Origin: Pasteurella multocida
GTDB taxonomy: Bacteria; Pseudomonadota; Gammaproteobacteria; Enterobacterales; Pasteurellaceae
NCBI RefSeq assembly: GCF_900187275.1
Contig: NZ_LT906458.1
Coordinates: forward strand, 1,470,001 to 1,502,000
DNA length: 32,000 nucleotides
Direction of reading: 5' to 3'
Shown here: positions 9,385-18,032 of the stretch, in pieces
How the letters are laid out: every line of letters begins with the position of its first letter
Numbering within the stretch: the first letter of the stretch is position 1
Program-made: the position numbers and the translations under genes
Notes under the pieces: generated by a model
Seen by the model: only the letters and a program-made list of their open reading frames with translations
Databases searched by the model: none
Told to the model about the DNA's origin: nothing

Positions 9385-10404
9385 CTAGTACTTTTCTAAA
9401 CCAGCCAGAATTTTTGTTGGGATTTGCTGACGTGTTTGAAACGCCGCATCAGCAATCGCATAAGCAAACGCATCGCTATTTGCACTACCATGACTTTTGA
9501 CAACAACTGCCGTTAATCCAATCAAGGAAGCACCATTGTATTCATCAGGATTAATTCGCTTTAAACGTTGATAACTCTCTTTAAAAATATGGGTGAGTAA
9601 CCAAGAAAATAGCGGTTTTAACAGACTATTTTTCGATTTCCCTTTAATCAAGGCGATCACATTTTTTGCCGCACCTTCAAGGGTTTTCAATGCCACATTT
9701 CCTACAAAACCATCACTGACAATCACATCGGCGTGACCATTTAGTAGAAAGTTACCCTCAATAAACCCCGTGTAATTCAACGCGGGATCTTTTTCTAATA
9801 ACATCGCCGCATCACGAATCGACTTATGTCCTTTAATATCTTCACTACCGATATTCAATAAGGCAATTCTAGGATAGACTAAGTTTAAGGTATTTTCAGC
9901 AAAAATACTGCCCATTAATGCAAATTGATACAAGTTTTCTGCGTCACAATCAATATTGGCACCCAGATCAAGCATCACACTTTTTCCACCATCCACGGTG
10001 GGAATCACGGAAATCAAAGCGGGACGCTGAATCCCTTTTAAAGGTTGCAATAAGATCTTCGACAATCCCATTAACGCTGCGGTATTCCCCGCACTCACAC
10101 AACCTTGCGCATCCCCTTTCTGCACCGCTTCAATTGCTAAACGCATTGAGGTGCCTTTACTATGACGTAAGGCATAGGAAATACCATGTTCATTATCAAT
10201 CGTACGTGAACAATGACAGACTGTCAGACGTTCTTTCATTGACGCAGGAATATTTTCAAGCAGAGGAAGGATTTGTTGGCTATCACCAAACAATAATAAA
10301 GAAAGCATTGGATCTTTTTCCAACGCAATGAGGGATGCGGGGATAGTAATACGGGGACCAATGTCCCCGCCCATCACATCTAACGCAAGGGTTAGACGAC
10401 TCAA
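9385..10404 (-). CDS. plsX: Phosphate acyltransferase PlsX
   Basis: 339 aa. (M)SRLTLALDVMGGD.GP aligns residue-for-residue with the E. coli PlsX N-terminus, which supports the TTG start at 10404. SAGNT.ALMG and GANVDC-like (GANIDC) motifs are present. Confidence 0.92.
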   Translation of the reverse strand: MSRLTLALDVMGGDIGPRITIPASLIALEKDPMLSLLLFGDSQQILPLLENIPASMKERLTVCHCSRTIDNEHGISYALRHSKGTSMRLAIEAVQKGDAQGCVSAGNTAALMGLSKILLQPLKGIQRPALISVIPTVDGGKSVMLDLGANIDCDAENLYQFALMGSIFAENTLNLVYPRIALLNIGSEDIKGHKSIRDAAMLLEKDPALNYTGFIEGNFLLNGHADVIVSDGFVGNVALKTLEGAAKNVIALIKGKSKNSLLKPLFSWLLTHIFKESYQRLKRINPDEYNGASLIGLTAVVVKSHGSANSDAFAYAIADAAFQTRQQIPTKILAGLEKY

Positions 10405-10433
10405 GTGATTACCTTTTCTAAATAAACTAGAAA

Positions 10434-10604
10434 TTATTTGTTAATCACTTTACGACCACGATAGTAACCATCAGCAGTTACATGGTGACGTAAATGCTTT
10501 TCACCACTTGCTTTATCAACAGATATTGCAGCAGTGGTTAAGGCATCGTGTGAACGACGCATATCACGACGTGAACGAGATTTTTTGTTTTGTTGAACAG
10601 CCAT
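10434..10604 (-). CDS. rpmF: 50S ribosomal protein L32
   Basis: Absent from the ORF track (56 aa, under its length cutoff). My translation is [56 protein letters not shown]. An AGGAGT RBS is present, and it lies between yceD and plsX as in the conserved cluster. Confidence 0.95.
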   Translation of the reverse strand: MAVQQNKKSRSRRDMRRSHDALTTAAISVDKASGEKHLRHHVTADGYYRGRKVINK

Positions 10605-10621
10605 TGGCTATACTCCTAAAT

Positions 10622-11146
10622 TTACTTTTGCTTTAAACTAGCTAATACAGCGAACGGGTTCGGTTTTTTTGCCAGCGCTTCGGGCAATTCGCCAAAAACC
10701 TGTTCAGCCACGGACACTTCACAGTGTTCAGATGAATGCATTGGCACTATTGGCAGACTTAAAATTAATTCATCTTCAATCGCACCAACTAAATCTATTT
10801 CCCCAAACGCGTTAAATTCGATTGGTTCATAAATTTCGGGCAATACATCGGCTTGATCCAAATTAGCCACTGGACTGTAACAAAAAGTACAGTCAATCAT
10901 TTGCACGAAGGGCTTTTCACAACGTTGGCAGATTAACTCTACTTCTACACTTGCTTGCCCCTTCATGACCACTAATTTTTGTGGATCAATAAAAAACGAT
11001 AATCTAACCTGTGCATCGCTGAGCACTTTACTTACTGACTCATTAAGGCGCGTCAACTGATTAATAGCGTAATAGCCGTCATAATCTAAGCGTCGCTGCG
11101 CATCTTTTACTGGGTCAACAGTTAGGGGTAATTTTACCTTTTGCAT
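10622..11146 (-). CDS. yceD: 23S rRNA accumulation protein YceD (DUF177)
   Basis: 174 aa. [22 protein letters not shown] and the CxxC..C cysteine pattern (CQRC.....C). It lies immediately upstream of rpmF. Confidence 0.88.
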   Translation of the reverse strand: MQKVKLPLTVDPVKDAQRRLDYDGYYAINQLTRLNESVSKVLSDAQVRLSFFIDPQKLVVMKGQASVEVELICQRCEKPFVQMIDCTFCYSPVANLDQADVLPEIYEPIEFNAFGEIDLVGAIEDELILSLPIVPMHSSEHCEVSVAEQVFGELPEALAKKPNPFAVLASLKQK

Positions 11147-11437
11147 AGGGCGTGAATATTACCGTTTGAGAACAAAATAGTCAAAGGAAATTATTACTTT
11201 TTACGTGAACCTCATGAGAAAGTATAAGAAAAATGATTTTCTCCACTTTTCAATACAAAAGCCTTATGGCGAATTGTTAATAAAACGTAGCAAAAATGCA
11301 AGATAACAGGAAAAAAGAGAGTGTTGATTCAAATTTTATCAAAAATAGCTCACAAATAACACGTTCGGCACTTTACAGTCTGATTTTTTTGCTTTATTAA
11401 TAGAATTTCTTTTTACTCATAAAATAAAGGGAAAACT

Positions 11438-13084
11438 ATGACAAACACAATGAAAAAAACAGGACTTAATGTGGCATTAGCAAGTATCTTTACGCTTTTT
11501 GCTACACAAACAACCTTCGCAGCAGAAGTACCCGCGGGCACCGAATTAGCCGCCAAACAAGAATTACGTTGGAATATTGGCTCCAACCCTGCTTCATTAG
11601 ATCCACATAAAATTGAAGGAACACCAGAAGGCTTTACCTCCCGTCAATTATTCGAAACCCTAGTGATCTCTGATGCAGAAGGACATATTATCCCAGGTGC
11701 AGCGATCAAATGGGAACATAGCCCAGACTTTAAAAAATGGACATTCCATCTTCGTCCAGACGCAAAATGGTCAAATGGTGAACCTGTCACTGCTGAAGAT
11801 TTCGTTTTCTCTTTCCAACGTTTAGCCGATCCAAACACGGCATCACCTTATTCTAGCTATCTAAAATACCTCAAATTATTGAATGCAGAAGATGTCGTAG
11901 CGGGTAAAAAACCAATTACAGAACTCGGTGTTAAAGCACTTGATGCGCATACGTTAGAACTGACCTTATCGGCAAGCGTGCCTTATGCAGATAAATTAAC
12001 CGAGCATTATGTCTTAGCACCAGTCAACAAAAAATTAGTTGAACAATTCGGTGACAAATGGACAGATGTAAAAAATATCGTAGGTAATGGCGCATTTACG
12101 GTCAAAAATTGGACAATTAATGAAAAATTAGAATTAGTACCAAACCCACATTATTGGGATCATGCGAAAACCGTTTTAACAAGTGTAACACTGTACCCAA
12201 TTGAATCAGAAAATACTGACGTGGCGCGTTATCGTGCAGGGGATTTAGACATCACCAACCACGCCTTACCAGTCGAGCTGTTTAGTAAACTAAAACAAGA
12301 ATACCCAAATGAAGTTTATACTCCTGCGTCACTTTGTACTTATTTGTATGAAATTAACCACAAGAAACCACCATTTGATGATGTACGTGTCAGAAAAGCC
12401 CTTGCGATGGCACTCGATCGCGACATCATTACAGAAAAAGTGACAGCACAAGGTCAAGTACCGGCGTATAGCTTTACACCGCCATATATTAACGGTGGTG
12501 AAAAAATCGAAAAACCAGACTGGGTCGCACTCCCGCAAGCTGAGCGTAATAAACAAGCTGTAGCCTTGTTAAAAGAAGCAGGCTTTGATAAGAGCAATCC
12601 ATTGAATTTCACATTGCTATACAACACTTCTGAAAACCACAAAAAAATTGCTTTAGCCGCCTCTTCATTGTGGCAAAAAAACCTCGCAGGTGCCGTGAAA
12701 GTGACGTTAGAAAACAAAGAGTGGAAAACTTACTTAGATACACGTCATCAAGGTAACTATCAAGTAACACGTGCGGGTTGGTGTGCGGACTATAATGAAG
12801 CAAGTACGTTCTTAAATTACTTCTTATCAACCAGTAGTAATAACACGGCCTTCTATAAGAGTGCTGAATTTGACAAACTGCTTTCAGAAACGTACTTAGC
12901 TGAAACAGATGCTCAACGCGCAGAGATTTATGCCAAACTCGAAGCGCAACTTGCTAAAGATGCAGCATTGGTTCCAGTCTATTACTATGTTGATCCACGT
13001 ATGGTGAAACCTTATGTGAAAGGATTCCCAATCAATCATCCTGGTAAGAACTTCTATCTAAAAGATGTTTATTTAGTCAAATAA
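11438..13084 (+). CDS. oppA: Oligopeptide ABC transporter periplasmic substrate-binding protein OppA
   Basis: 548 aa. Signal peptide ..TLFATQTTFA/AEVP. SBP family-5 features (W.NGEPVTAEDFVFSFQR, GW.ADYN). First gene of oppABCDF. GGGA RBS sits 5 nt upstream. Confidence 0.9.
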   Translation: MTNTMKKTGLNVALASIFTLFATQTTFAAEVPAGTELAAKQELRWNIGSNPASLDPHKIEGTPEGFTSRQLFETLVISDAEGHIIPGAAIKWEHSPDFKKWTFHLRPDAKWSNGEPVTAEDFVFSFQRLADPNTASPYSSYLKYLKLLNAEDVVAGKKPITELGVKALDAHTLELTLSASVPYADKLTEHYVLAPVNKKLVEQFGDKWTDVKNIVGNGAFTVKNWTINEKLELVPNPHYWDHAKTVLTSVTLYPIESENTDVARYRAGDLDITNHALPVELFSKLKQEYPNEVYTPASLCTYLYEINHKKPPFDDVRVRKALAMALDRDIITEKVTAQGQVPAYSFTPPYINGGEKIEKPDWVALPQAERNKQAVALLKEAGFDKSNPLNFTLLYNTSENHKKIALAASSLWQKNLAGAVKVTLENKEWKTYLDTRHQGNYQVTRAGWCADYNEASTFLNYFLSTSSNNTAFYKSAEFDKLLSETYLAETDAQRAEIYAKLEAQLAKDAALVPVYYYVDPRMVKPYVKGFPINHPGKNFYLKDVYLVK

Positions 13085-13101
13085 TCATTTTGATATATTT
13101 T

Positions 13102-13141
13102 AGTGCGGTCACGACTTGGGTCACACCGACCGCACTTTTTT
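13102..13141 (+). terminator. Intra-operon stem-loop/attenuator between oppA and oppB, formed by an inverted USS pair
   Basis: AGTGCGGTC (13102-13110) pairs with GACCGCACT (13128-13136) across a 17-nt loop, followed by TTTTT. It lies between the oppA stop (13084) and the oppB ATG (13182). Confidence 0.65.
13129..13137 (-). repeat. Hin-type uptake signal sequence core (ACCGCACTT on + strand)
   Basis: Exact reverse-complement 9-mer. Its partner at 13101-13109 is 8/9 (TAGTGCGGT). Confidence 0.8.
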
Positions 13142-13181
13142 AGTTTTCGCACCTTGCGATCTATGGATTGGATTATCTTGT

Positions 13182-14102
13182 ATGTTTAAATTAATTCTTC
13201 GCCGTCTTTTACAGGCAATTCCAACGCTTTTTATTTTAATTACGATTTCATTTTTCATGATGCGCTTAGCGCCAGGTAGCCCCTTTACCAGTGAAAAAAA
13301 TTACCCAGCGGAAGTGATCGCCAATATTGAAGCCAAATATCATTTAAATGAGCCACTTTATAAACAATACCTGATCTATTTAAAAGATCTTGCGCATGGT
13401 GATTTTGGTCCTTCTTTTAAATACAAAGACTATACCGTCAATCAGCTCGTGTCAGCCGCCTTTCCTGTGTCATTCAAACTCGGCATTTCCGCGTTCTTTG
13501 TCGCACTTATCCTTGGCGTCAGCGCAGGTACTATTGCCGCACTGAAACAGAATAAATGGCTTGATTATGTGATCATGACCTTTGCTATGACTGGGGTGGT
13601 CATCCCCAGCTTTGTTGTTGCCCCATTGTTAGTTTTAATTTTCTCTATTTCATTAAAATGGTTACCGTCTGGCGGTTGGGAAGGCGGTGCATTTAAATTC
13701 ATGCTGATGCCCATGATTGCTCTGTGCCTTTCTTATATTGCAAGTATTGCACGTATTACCCGTGGTTCCATGATTGAAGTCCTACATTCCAACTTCATTC
13801 GTACAGCTAAAGCAAAAGGCTTACCGATGCGTCGTATCCTACTCAAACACGCTTTACGTCCGGCTATGCTGCCCGTCATTTCTTATATGGGACCCGCTTT
13901 CGTGGGGATTATTACTGGCTCCATGGTGATCGAAAGTATTTTTGGTATTCCCGGGATTGGTCAACTGTTTGTGAATGGCGCACTGAATCGTGATTACTCA
14001 CTTGTCCTAAGCCTCACTATTTTAGTCGGCGCCTTAACCATCGCATTCAATGCGATCGTCGATATTCTTTATGCGGTGATTGATCCCAAAATCCGTTATT
14101 AA
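13182..14102 (+). CDS. oppB: Oligopeptide ABC transporter permease OppB
   Basis: Track ORF 13116..14102 starts at a TTG inside the terminator hairpin. The ATG at 13182 gives MFKLILRRLLQAIPTLFILITISFFMMRLAPGSPF, the canonical OppB/DppB N-terminus (306 aa). Confidence 0.93.
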   Translation: MFKLILRRLLQAIPTLFILITISFFMMRLAPGSPFTSEKNYPAEVIANIEAKYHLNEPLYKQYLIYLKDLAHGDFGPSFKYKDYTVNQLVSAAFPVSFKLGISAFFVALILGVSAGTIAALKQNKWLDYVIMTFAMTGVVIPSFVVAPLLVLIFSISLKWLPSGGWEGGAFKFMLMPMIALCLSYIASIARITRGSMIEVLHSNFIRTAKAKGLPMRRILLKHALRPAMLPVISYMGPAFVGIITGSMVIESIFGIPGIGQLFVNGALNRDYSLVLSLTILVGALTIAFNAIVDILYAVIDPKIRY

Positions 14103-14129
14103 TTGGCAATTGTTGTAGGAAGTCAACTC

Positions 14130-15041
14130 ATGTTAAACAATCAAAAAGATACTGAATTGCTAGAAGCGGTGACAGAAAAATTAGACACGCTTGAAGGTCG
14201 TAGCTTATGGCAAGATGCACGTCGTCGTTTTTTTCACAATAAAGCCGCCTTAACCAGCTTATTTGTGTTATTTTGCATTAGCTTGTTCGTCATTTTTGCG
14301 CCAATGCTCATGCCTTACCCTTATGACGAACTTGATTTTGGTGCAATTTCGATTCCACCTGAGTGGGAAACCATGCACTATTTTGGTACAGATGCCTCGG
14401 GGCGTGATTTATTAGTACGTGTGGCAATCGGAGGACGTATTTCTCTGTTAGTCGGCATTGCTGGTGCCTTAATTGCAGTCTTAGTCGGAACCTTATATGG
14501 TGCTACATCTGGCTATATTGGTGGCAAAGTCGATACCTTTATGATGCGCTTTTTGGAAATTCTTAACTCCTTTCCTTTCATGTTCTTTGTTATCCTTTTA
14601 GTCACTTTCTTTGGACGGAACATTTTCTTAATCTTCGTCGCAATTGGCATGGTGTCTTGGCTCGATATGGCAAGGATTGTACGTGGACAAACCTTGAGTT
14701 TGAAACAAAAAGAATTTATTGAAGCTGCGATTGTGTGCGGTGTATCTTCACGTCAAATTGTTTGGCGTCATATTGTGCCAAACGTACTTGGTGTCGTAGT
14801 CGTTTATGCCTCTTTACTTGTACCAGGCATGATCTTATTTGAATCCTTTTTAAGTTTCTTAGGTCTCGGCACACAGGAGCCTTTAAGTAGCTGGGGCGGT
14901 CTTCTCAATGACGGTGCAAAATCCATGGAGGCTGCGCCTTGGCTCTTAATCTTCCCCGCACTCTTTTTAGTCATTACCCTATTTTGTTTTAACTTTATCG
15001 GTGACGGGTTACGTGATGCGCTTGACCCGAAAGACCGTTAA
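14130..15041 (+). CDS. oppC: Oligopeptide ABC transporter permease OppC
   Basis: Track ORF 14103..15041 (TTG start). The ATG at 14130 is preceded by AGGAAG. ..EGRSLWQDARRRF.HNKAA...GTDASGRDLLVRVAIGGRISL...GDGLRDALDPKDR is nearly collinear with E. coli OppC. Confidence 0.93.
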   Translation: MLNNQKDTELLEAVTEKLDTLEGRSLWQDARRRFFHNKAALTSLFVLFCISLFVIFAPMLMPYPYDELDFGAISIPPEWETMHYFGTDASGRDLLVRVAIGGRISLLVGIAGALIAVLVGTLYGATSGYIGGKVDTFMMRFLEILNSFPFMFFVILLVTFFGRNIFLIFVAIGMVSWLDMARIVRGQTLSLKQKEFIEAAIVCGVSSRQIVWRHIVPNVLGVVVVYASLLVPGMILFESFLSFLGLGTQEPLSSWGGLLNDGAKSMEAAPWLLIFPALFLVITLFCFNFIGDGLRDALDPKDR

Positions 15042-15062
15042 TACCCGCGCTTGGAGAGAAAA

Positions 15063-16055
15063 ATGACAACTCACAATTTATTACTCGATGTACAAGATTT
15101 GCGCGTAACCTTTAAGACCCCAGATGGCGATGTTACTGCCGTCAATGATCTGACTTTTTCTTTAAATGCCGGTGAAACCCTCGGCATTGTCGGCGAATCT
15201 GGCTCAGGAAAATCGCAAACCGCCTTTGCTCTAATGGGGCTATTAGCAGATAACGGGCGAATTTCAGGATCAGCAAAATTTAATGGACAAGAGATTCTCA
15301 ACTTGCCTGAAACACAACTTAACCGCTTGCGTGCTGAACAAATTGCGATGATCTTCCAAGATCCAATGACCTCGCTGAACCCTTATATGAAAATCGGCGA
15401 ACAGCTAATGGAAGTACTGATGTTGCATAAAGGCATGGATCATAAAACTGCGTTTGAAGAATCGGTACGGATGTTAGATGCGGTGAAAATGCCGGAGTCA
15501 CGTAAACGTATGAATATGTATCCGCATGAATTTTCCGGCGGTATGCGTCAGCGTGTGATGATTGCGATGGCATTACTTTGCCGTCCGAAACTCCTCATTG
15601 CGGATGAACCCACAACTGCGCTCGATGTGACGGTGCAAGCTCAAATCATGACTTTATTAAACGAATTAAAAAGTGAGTTTAATACCGCCATTATCATGAT
15701 TACTCACGATCTCGGTGTGGTCGCAGGAATTTGCGATAATGTGTTGGTGATGTATGCAGGCAGAACCATGGAATACGGCACCGCTGAGCAAATTTTCTAT
15801 ACCCCAAGCCACCCTTATTCTATCGGCTTAATTGGTGCAGTGCCTCGCGTTGACGGACAGGAAGAAGAACTCATTACTATTCCGGGTAATCCACCTAACT
15901 TATTACGCTTACCGAGTGGCTGTCCTTTCCAACCACGTTGCGTTCATGCAACTAAACAATGCCTCAAAGCACCGGCGTTAACCTTGTTAAATGATCAACG
16001 TTTACGCGCTTGTTTTGTCCCTGCCGAGCAATTAATCCGAGGTAACGCATCATGA
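15063..16055 (+). CDS. oppD: Oligopeptide ABC transporter ATP-binding protein OppD
   Basis: Track ORF 15051..16055 (TTG start). The ATG at 15063 follows GGAGAG. Walker A GESGSGKS, signature FSGGMRQR, Walker B LLIADEPTTALD. Confidence 0.93.
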   Translation: MTTHNLLLDVQDLRVTFKTPDGDVTAVNDLTFSLNAGETLGIVGESGSGKSQTAFALMGLLADNGRISGSAKFNGQEILNLPETQLNRLRAEQIAMIFQDPMTSLNPYMKIGEQLMEVLMLHKGMDHKTAFEESVRMLDAVKMPESRKRMNMYPHEFSGGMRQRVMIAMALLCRPKLLIADEPTTALDVTVQAQIMTLLNELKSEFNTAIIMITHDLGVVAGICDNVLVMYAGRTMEYGTAEQIFYTPSHPYSIGLIGAVPRVDGQEEELITIPGNPPNLLRLPSGCPFQPRCVHATKQCLKAPALTLLNDQRLRACFVPAEQLIRGNAS

Positions 16056-17041
16056 ACACAGAGAAAAAAGTGATCCTAGAAGTGAAGGATTTAAGCGTTC
16101 ATTTCAACATTAAAGATACGAAATCTTTATTCTTTGCTAAACACCAAACTTTAAAGGCCGTCAATCATGTCTCTTTTCAGTTATACGAAGGCGAAACCTT
16201 AGGTGTGGTCGGTGAATCGGGCTGTGGAAAATCAACTCTCGCACGCGCGATTATTGGCTTAGTGGAAAGCTCTGGCGGTAATATTTTATGGCTAGGTAAG
16301 GAGTTAACTCAGCAAAGTGCGAAAGAATGGAAAGCGATCCGTAGCGATATTCAAATGATTTTCCAAGATCCTTTAGCCTCCCTGAATCCACGGATGACCA
16401 TTGGCAGTATCATTGCCGAACCATTAAAAATTTACCAACCCCATTTAACCGCGGAAGAAGTGAAAGAAAAAGTACGCGCGATGATGATGAAAGTGGGCTT
16501 ATTACCTAACTTAATCAATCGCTATCCACATGAATTTTCGGGTGGACAATGTCAGCGTATCGGGATTGCGCGCGCCTTGATTGTGGAACCCAAACTCATT
16601 ATTTGCGATGAGCCAGTGTCCGCCTTAGATGTTTCAATCCAAGCACAAGTAGTGAATTTATTGAAATCTTTACAACGCGAAATGGGGCTATCATTGATTT
16701 TCATTGCACACGACCTTGCTGTGGTGAAACACATTTCCGATCGTGTTTTGGTAATGTATCTTGGTAACGCGGTGGAATTAGGTGACTATGAACAAGTCTA
16801 TCACGATACTAAGCATCCTTATACTAAAGCTTTGATGTCTGCGGTACCGATTCCTGATCCCCAATTAGAACGCAATAAACAAATTCAATTGCTTGAAGGC
16901 GATCTCCCTTCTCCAATTAATCCGCCGTCGGGCTGTGTGTTCCGCACCCGTTGCCCACTGGCAGATCAACACTGTATTGCAGACAAACCGCTCCTCAAAG
17001 GACGAGATAATCACGTTGTTGCTTGTTTTAAAGCCGAGTAA
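16052..17041 (+). CDS. oppF: Oligopeptide ABC transporter ATP-binding protein OppF
   Basis: 329 aa. Walker A GESGCGKS, signature FSGGQCQR, Walker B LIICDEPVSALD. There is a 4-nt ATGA overlap with the oppD stop. Confidence 0.93.
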   Translation: MNTEKKVILEVKDLSVHFNIKDTKSLFFAKHQTLKAVNHVSFQLYEGETLGVVGESGCGKSTLARAIIGLVESSGGNILWLGKELTQQSAKEWKAIRSDIQMIFQDPLASLNPRMTIGSIIAEPLKIYQPHLTAEEVKEKVRAMMMKVGLLPNLINRYPHEFSGGQCQRIGIARALIVEPKLIICDEPVSALDVSIQAQVVNLLKSLQREMGLSLIFIAHDLAVVKHISDRVLVMYLGNAVELGDYEQVYHDTKHPYTKALMSAVPIPDPQLERNKQIQLLEGDLPSPINPPSGCVFRTRCPLADQHCIADKPLLKGRDNHVVACFKAE

Positions 17042-17047
17042 TACACA

Positions 17048-17078
17048 CAACCGCACAAAAAAGTGCGGTTGTTTTTTT
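17048..17078 (+). terminator. Rho-independent terminator of the opp operon (USS-containing hairpin)
   Basis: CAACCGCAC (17048-17056), loop AAAAAA, GTGCGGTTG (17063-17071), then TTTTTTT (17072-17078). Confidence 0.9.
17061..17069 (+). repeat. Hin-type uptake signal sequence core AAGTGCGGT
   Basis: Exact 9-mer forming the 3' arm of the opp terminator. Confidence 0.8.
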
Positions 17079-17144
17079 GCGAATATTCACAGTCAAACTT
17101 TCGTGATACTTTCGCTCTGAGATAGGGATTACGATACAGAGAAG

Positions 17145-17903
17145 TTATTCAACAATCACACGTGCATTGATCGGTTGTACTGGACGATTATTGTGTCCTT
17201 TCATCAAAGTCGCAAACGCCTCAACTTGAGATTGGCTAATGTTGTCATAGTGTTTTAACACTAACCAATTTACACCTTCAGAACAAGGTGGTGTGGTTAA
17301 TGACCCGCTGAAACGATAGTAATCGCGTTTTTTCGGAATTAATGTTGCTGGGTCAAAAGCGGTACTAAGCGTATATTTCTCCCCTGCTTTTTGCGGGAAG
17401 TTTTGCCAAATTGGGGCTAACCGTTGGTTTTCACTTGATAATACATAGAGCACACCAAGCACAGCAAGATTCCCTTCATTATCTGCGTGTACAAAATGTG
17501 CTTCCATCGGGAAGGATTTACCTCGAATTACGTTTTCACTCGGCACATGGAAATGGAATTGTTTAAGGGTAAAGGTCTTTCCATTAAGCTGCATGCGATT
17601 ACTTGCCTCTTTGAAATCCACTTGAATAGTATGCCCATTATTGACAATCTCCACATTGGAAGGTCGATAATCCAGCTTAATCGGCGCTAACTTACCATCA
17701 ATCGTATGCTTGATATCTATTGGTGTTTGGTTTTTACCTTCGCCACAAATACGGAATTTGGGTGAAAGTTCAGCCCAATGTTCTGGCGATTCGTGTCCGG
17801 TGTATCCCCAATGCGTGTGCGTTTCTTCTTTCTTAAGGGGGCTTGTACACGCTGTCAATGCTAATGCACCTAACGTAAGCACAAAAAGGTTTGATTTTTT
17901 CAT
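17145..17903 (-). CDS. Alpha-class carbonic anhydrase, predicted lipoprotein (exported)
   Basis: 252 aa. Lipobox LTAC in MKKSNLFVLTLGALALTA/CTS. HWGY start of the CA domain. Zinc histidines in QFHFH and EAHFVH. The SLTTPPCSEGVNW loop. The Cys in RICGEG plus the Cys in PPC match the disulfide pair of periplasmic alpha-CAs such as the Neisseria enzyme. Confidence 0.88.
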   Translation of the reverse strand: MKKSNLFVLTLGALALTACTSPLKKEETHTHWGYTGHESPEHWAELSPKFRICGEGKNQTPIDIKHTIDGKLAPIKLDYRPSNVEIVNNGHTIQVDFKEASNRMQLNGKTFTLKQFHFHVPSENVIRGKSFPMEAHFVHADNEGNLAVLGVLYVLSSENQRLAPIWQNFPQKAGEKYTLSTAFDPATLIPKKRDYYRFSGSLTTPPCSEGVNWLVLKHYDNISQSQVEAFATLMKGHNNRPVQPINARVIVE

Positions 17904-17979
17904 AGCCTAGCTCCTGATTAAAAGAGATGAATTGATGAGACAACCTAAACTCAATAATGTCTTAATCCGAGACGCTTTC

Positions 17980-18008
17980 ATCTTAGGCAAAACAACACTC
18001 CATTTCAA
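17980..18008 (-). promoter_or_regulatory. Candidate sigma70 promoter for the carbonic anhydrase gene (TTGAAA-17-TAAGAT)
   Basis: On the - strand: TTGAAA (18008-18003), 17-nt spacer, TAAGAT (17985-17980). It lies about 75 nt upstream of the ATG and inside the 129-bp bioD-CA spacer. Confidence 0.4.
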
Positions 18009-18032
18009 GTATAACTTGCTCAAGAATATATC

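Noticed and set aside
11324-11342. Inverted repeat TTGAT-N9-ATCAA about 100 nt upstream of oppA.
   Set aside because: The half-sites look FNR-like but the spacing (9 rather than 4) is wrong. The 5-bp AT-rich arms are expected by chance in this AT-rich 290-bp spacer.
13116-13181. N-terminal extensions in the ORF track for rhlB (to 2046), fabD (to 8332), oppB (from 13116), oppC (from 14103), oppD (from 15051), bioA (to 22667), proB (to 25823), copA (to 30057) and possibly rsfS (to 709).
   Set aside because: The extensions start at the longest possible codon, often TTG. They run through terminators or promoter regions, lack an RBS, and add residues absent from orthologues as I remember them. 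Internal ATGs with good SD sequences give canonical N-termini.
17078-17091. TGCGA-N4-TCACA, reminiscent of a CRP or CRP-S (competence) site, just after the opp terminator.
   Set aside because: CRP-family sites need a 6-nt spacer (a 16-bp core). This one has 4, and there is no promoter or gene start nearby in the right orientation.
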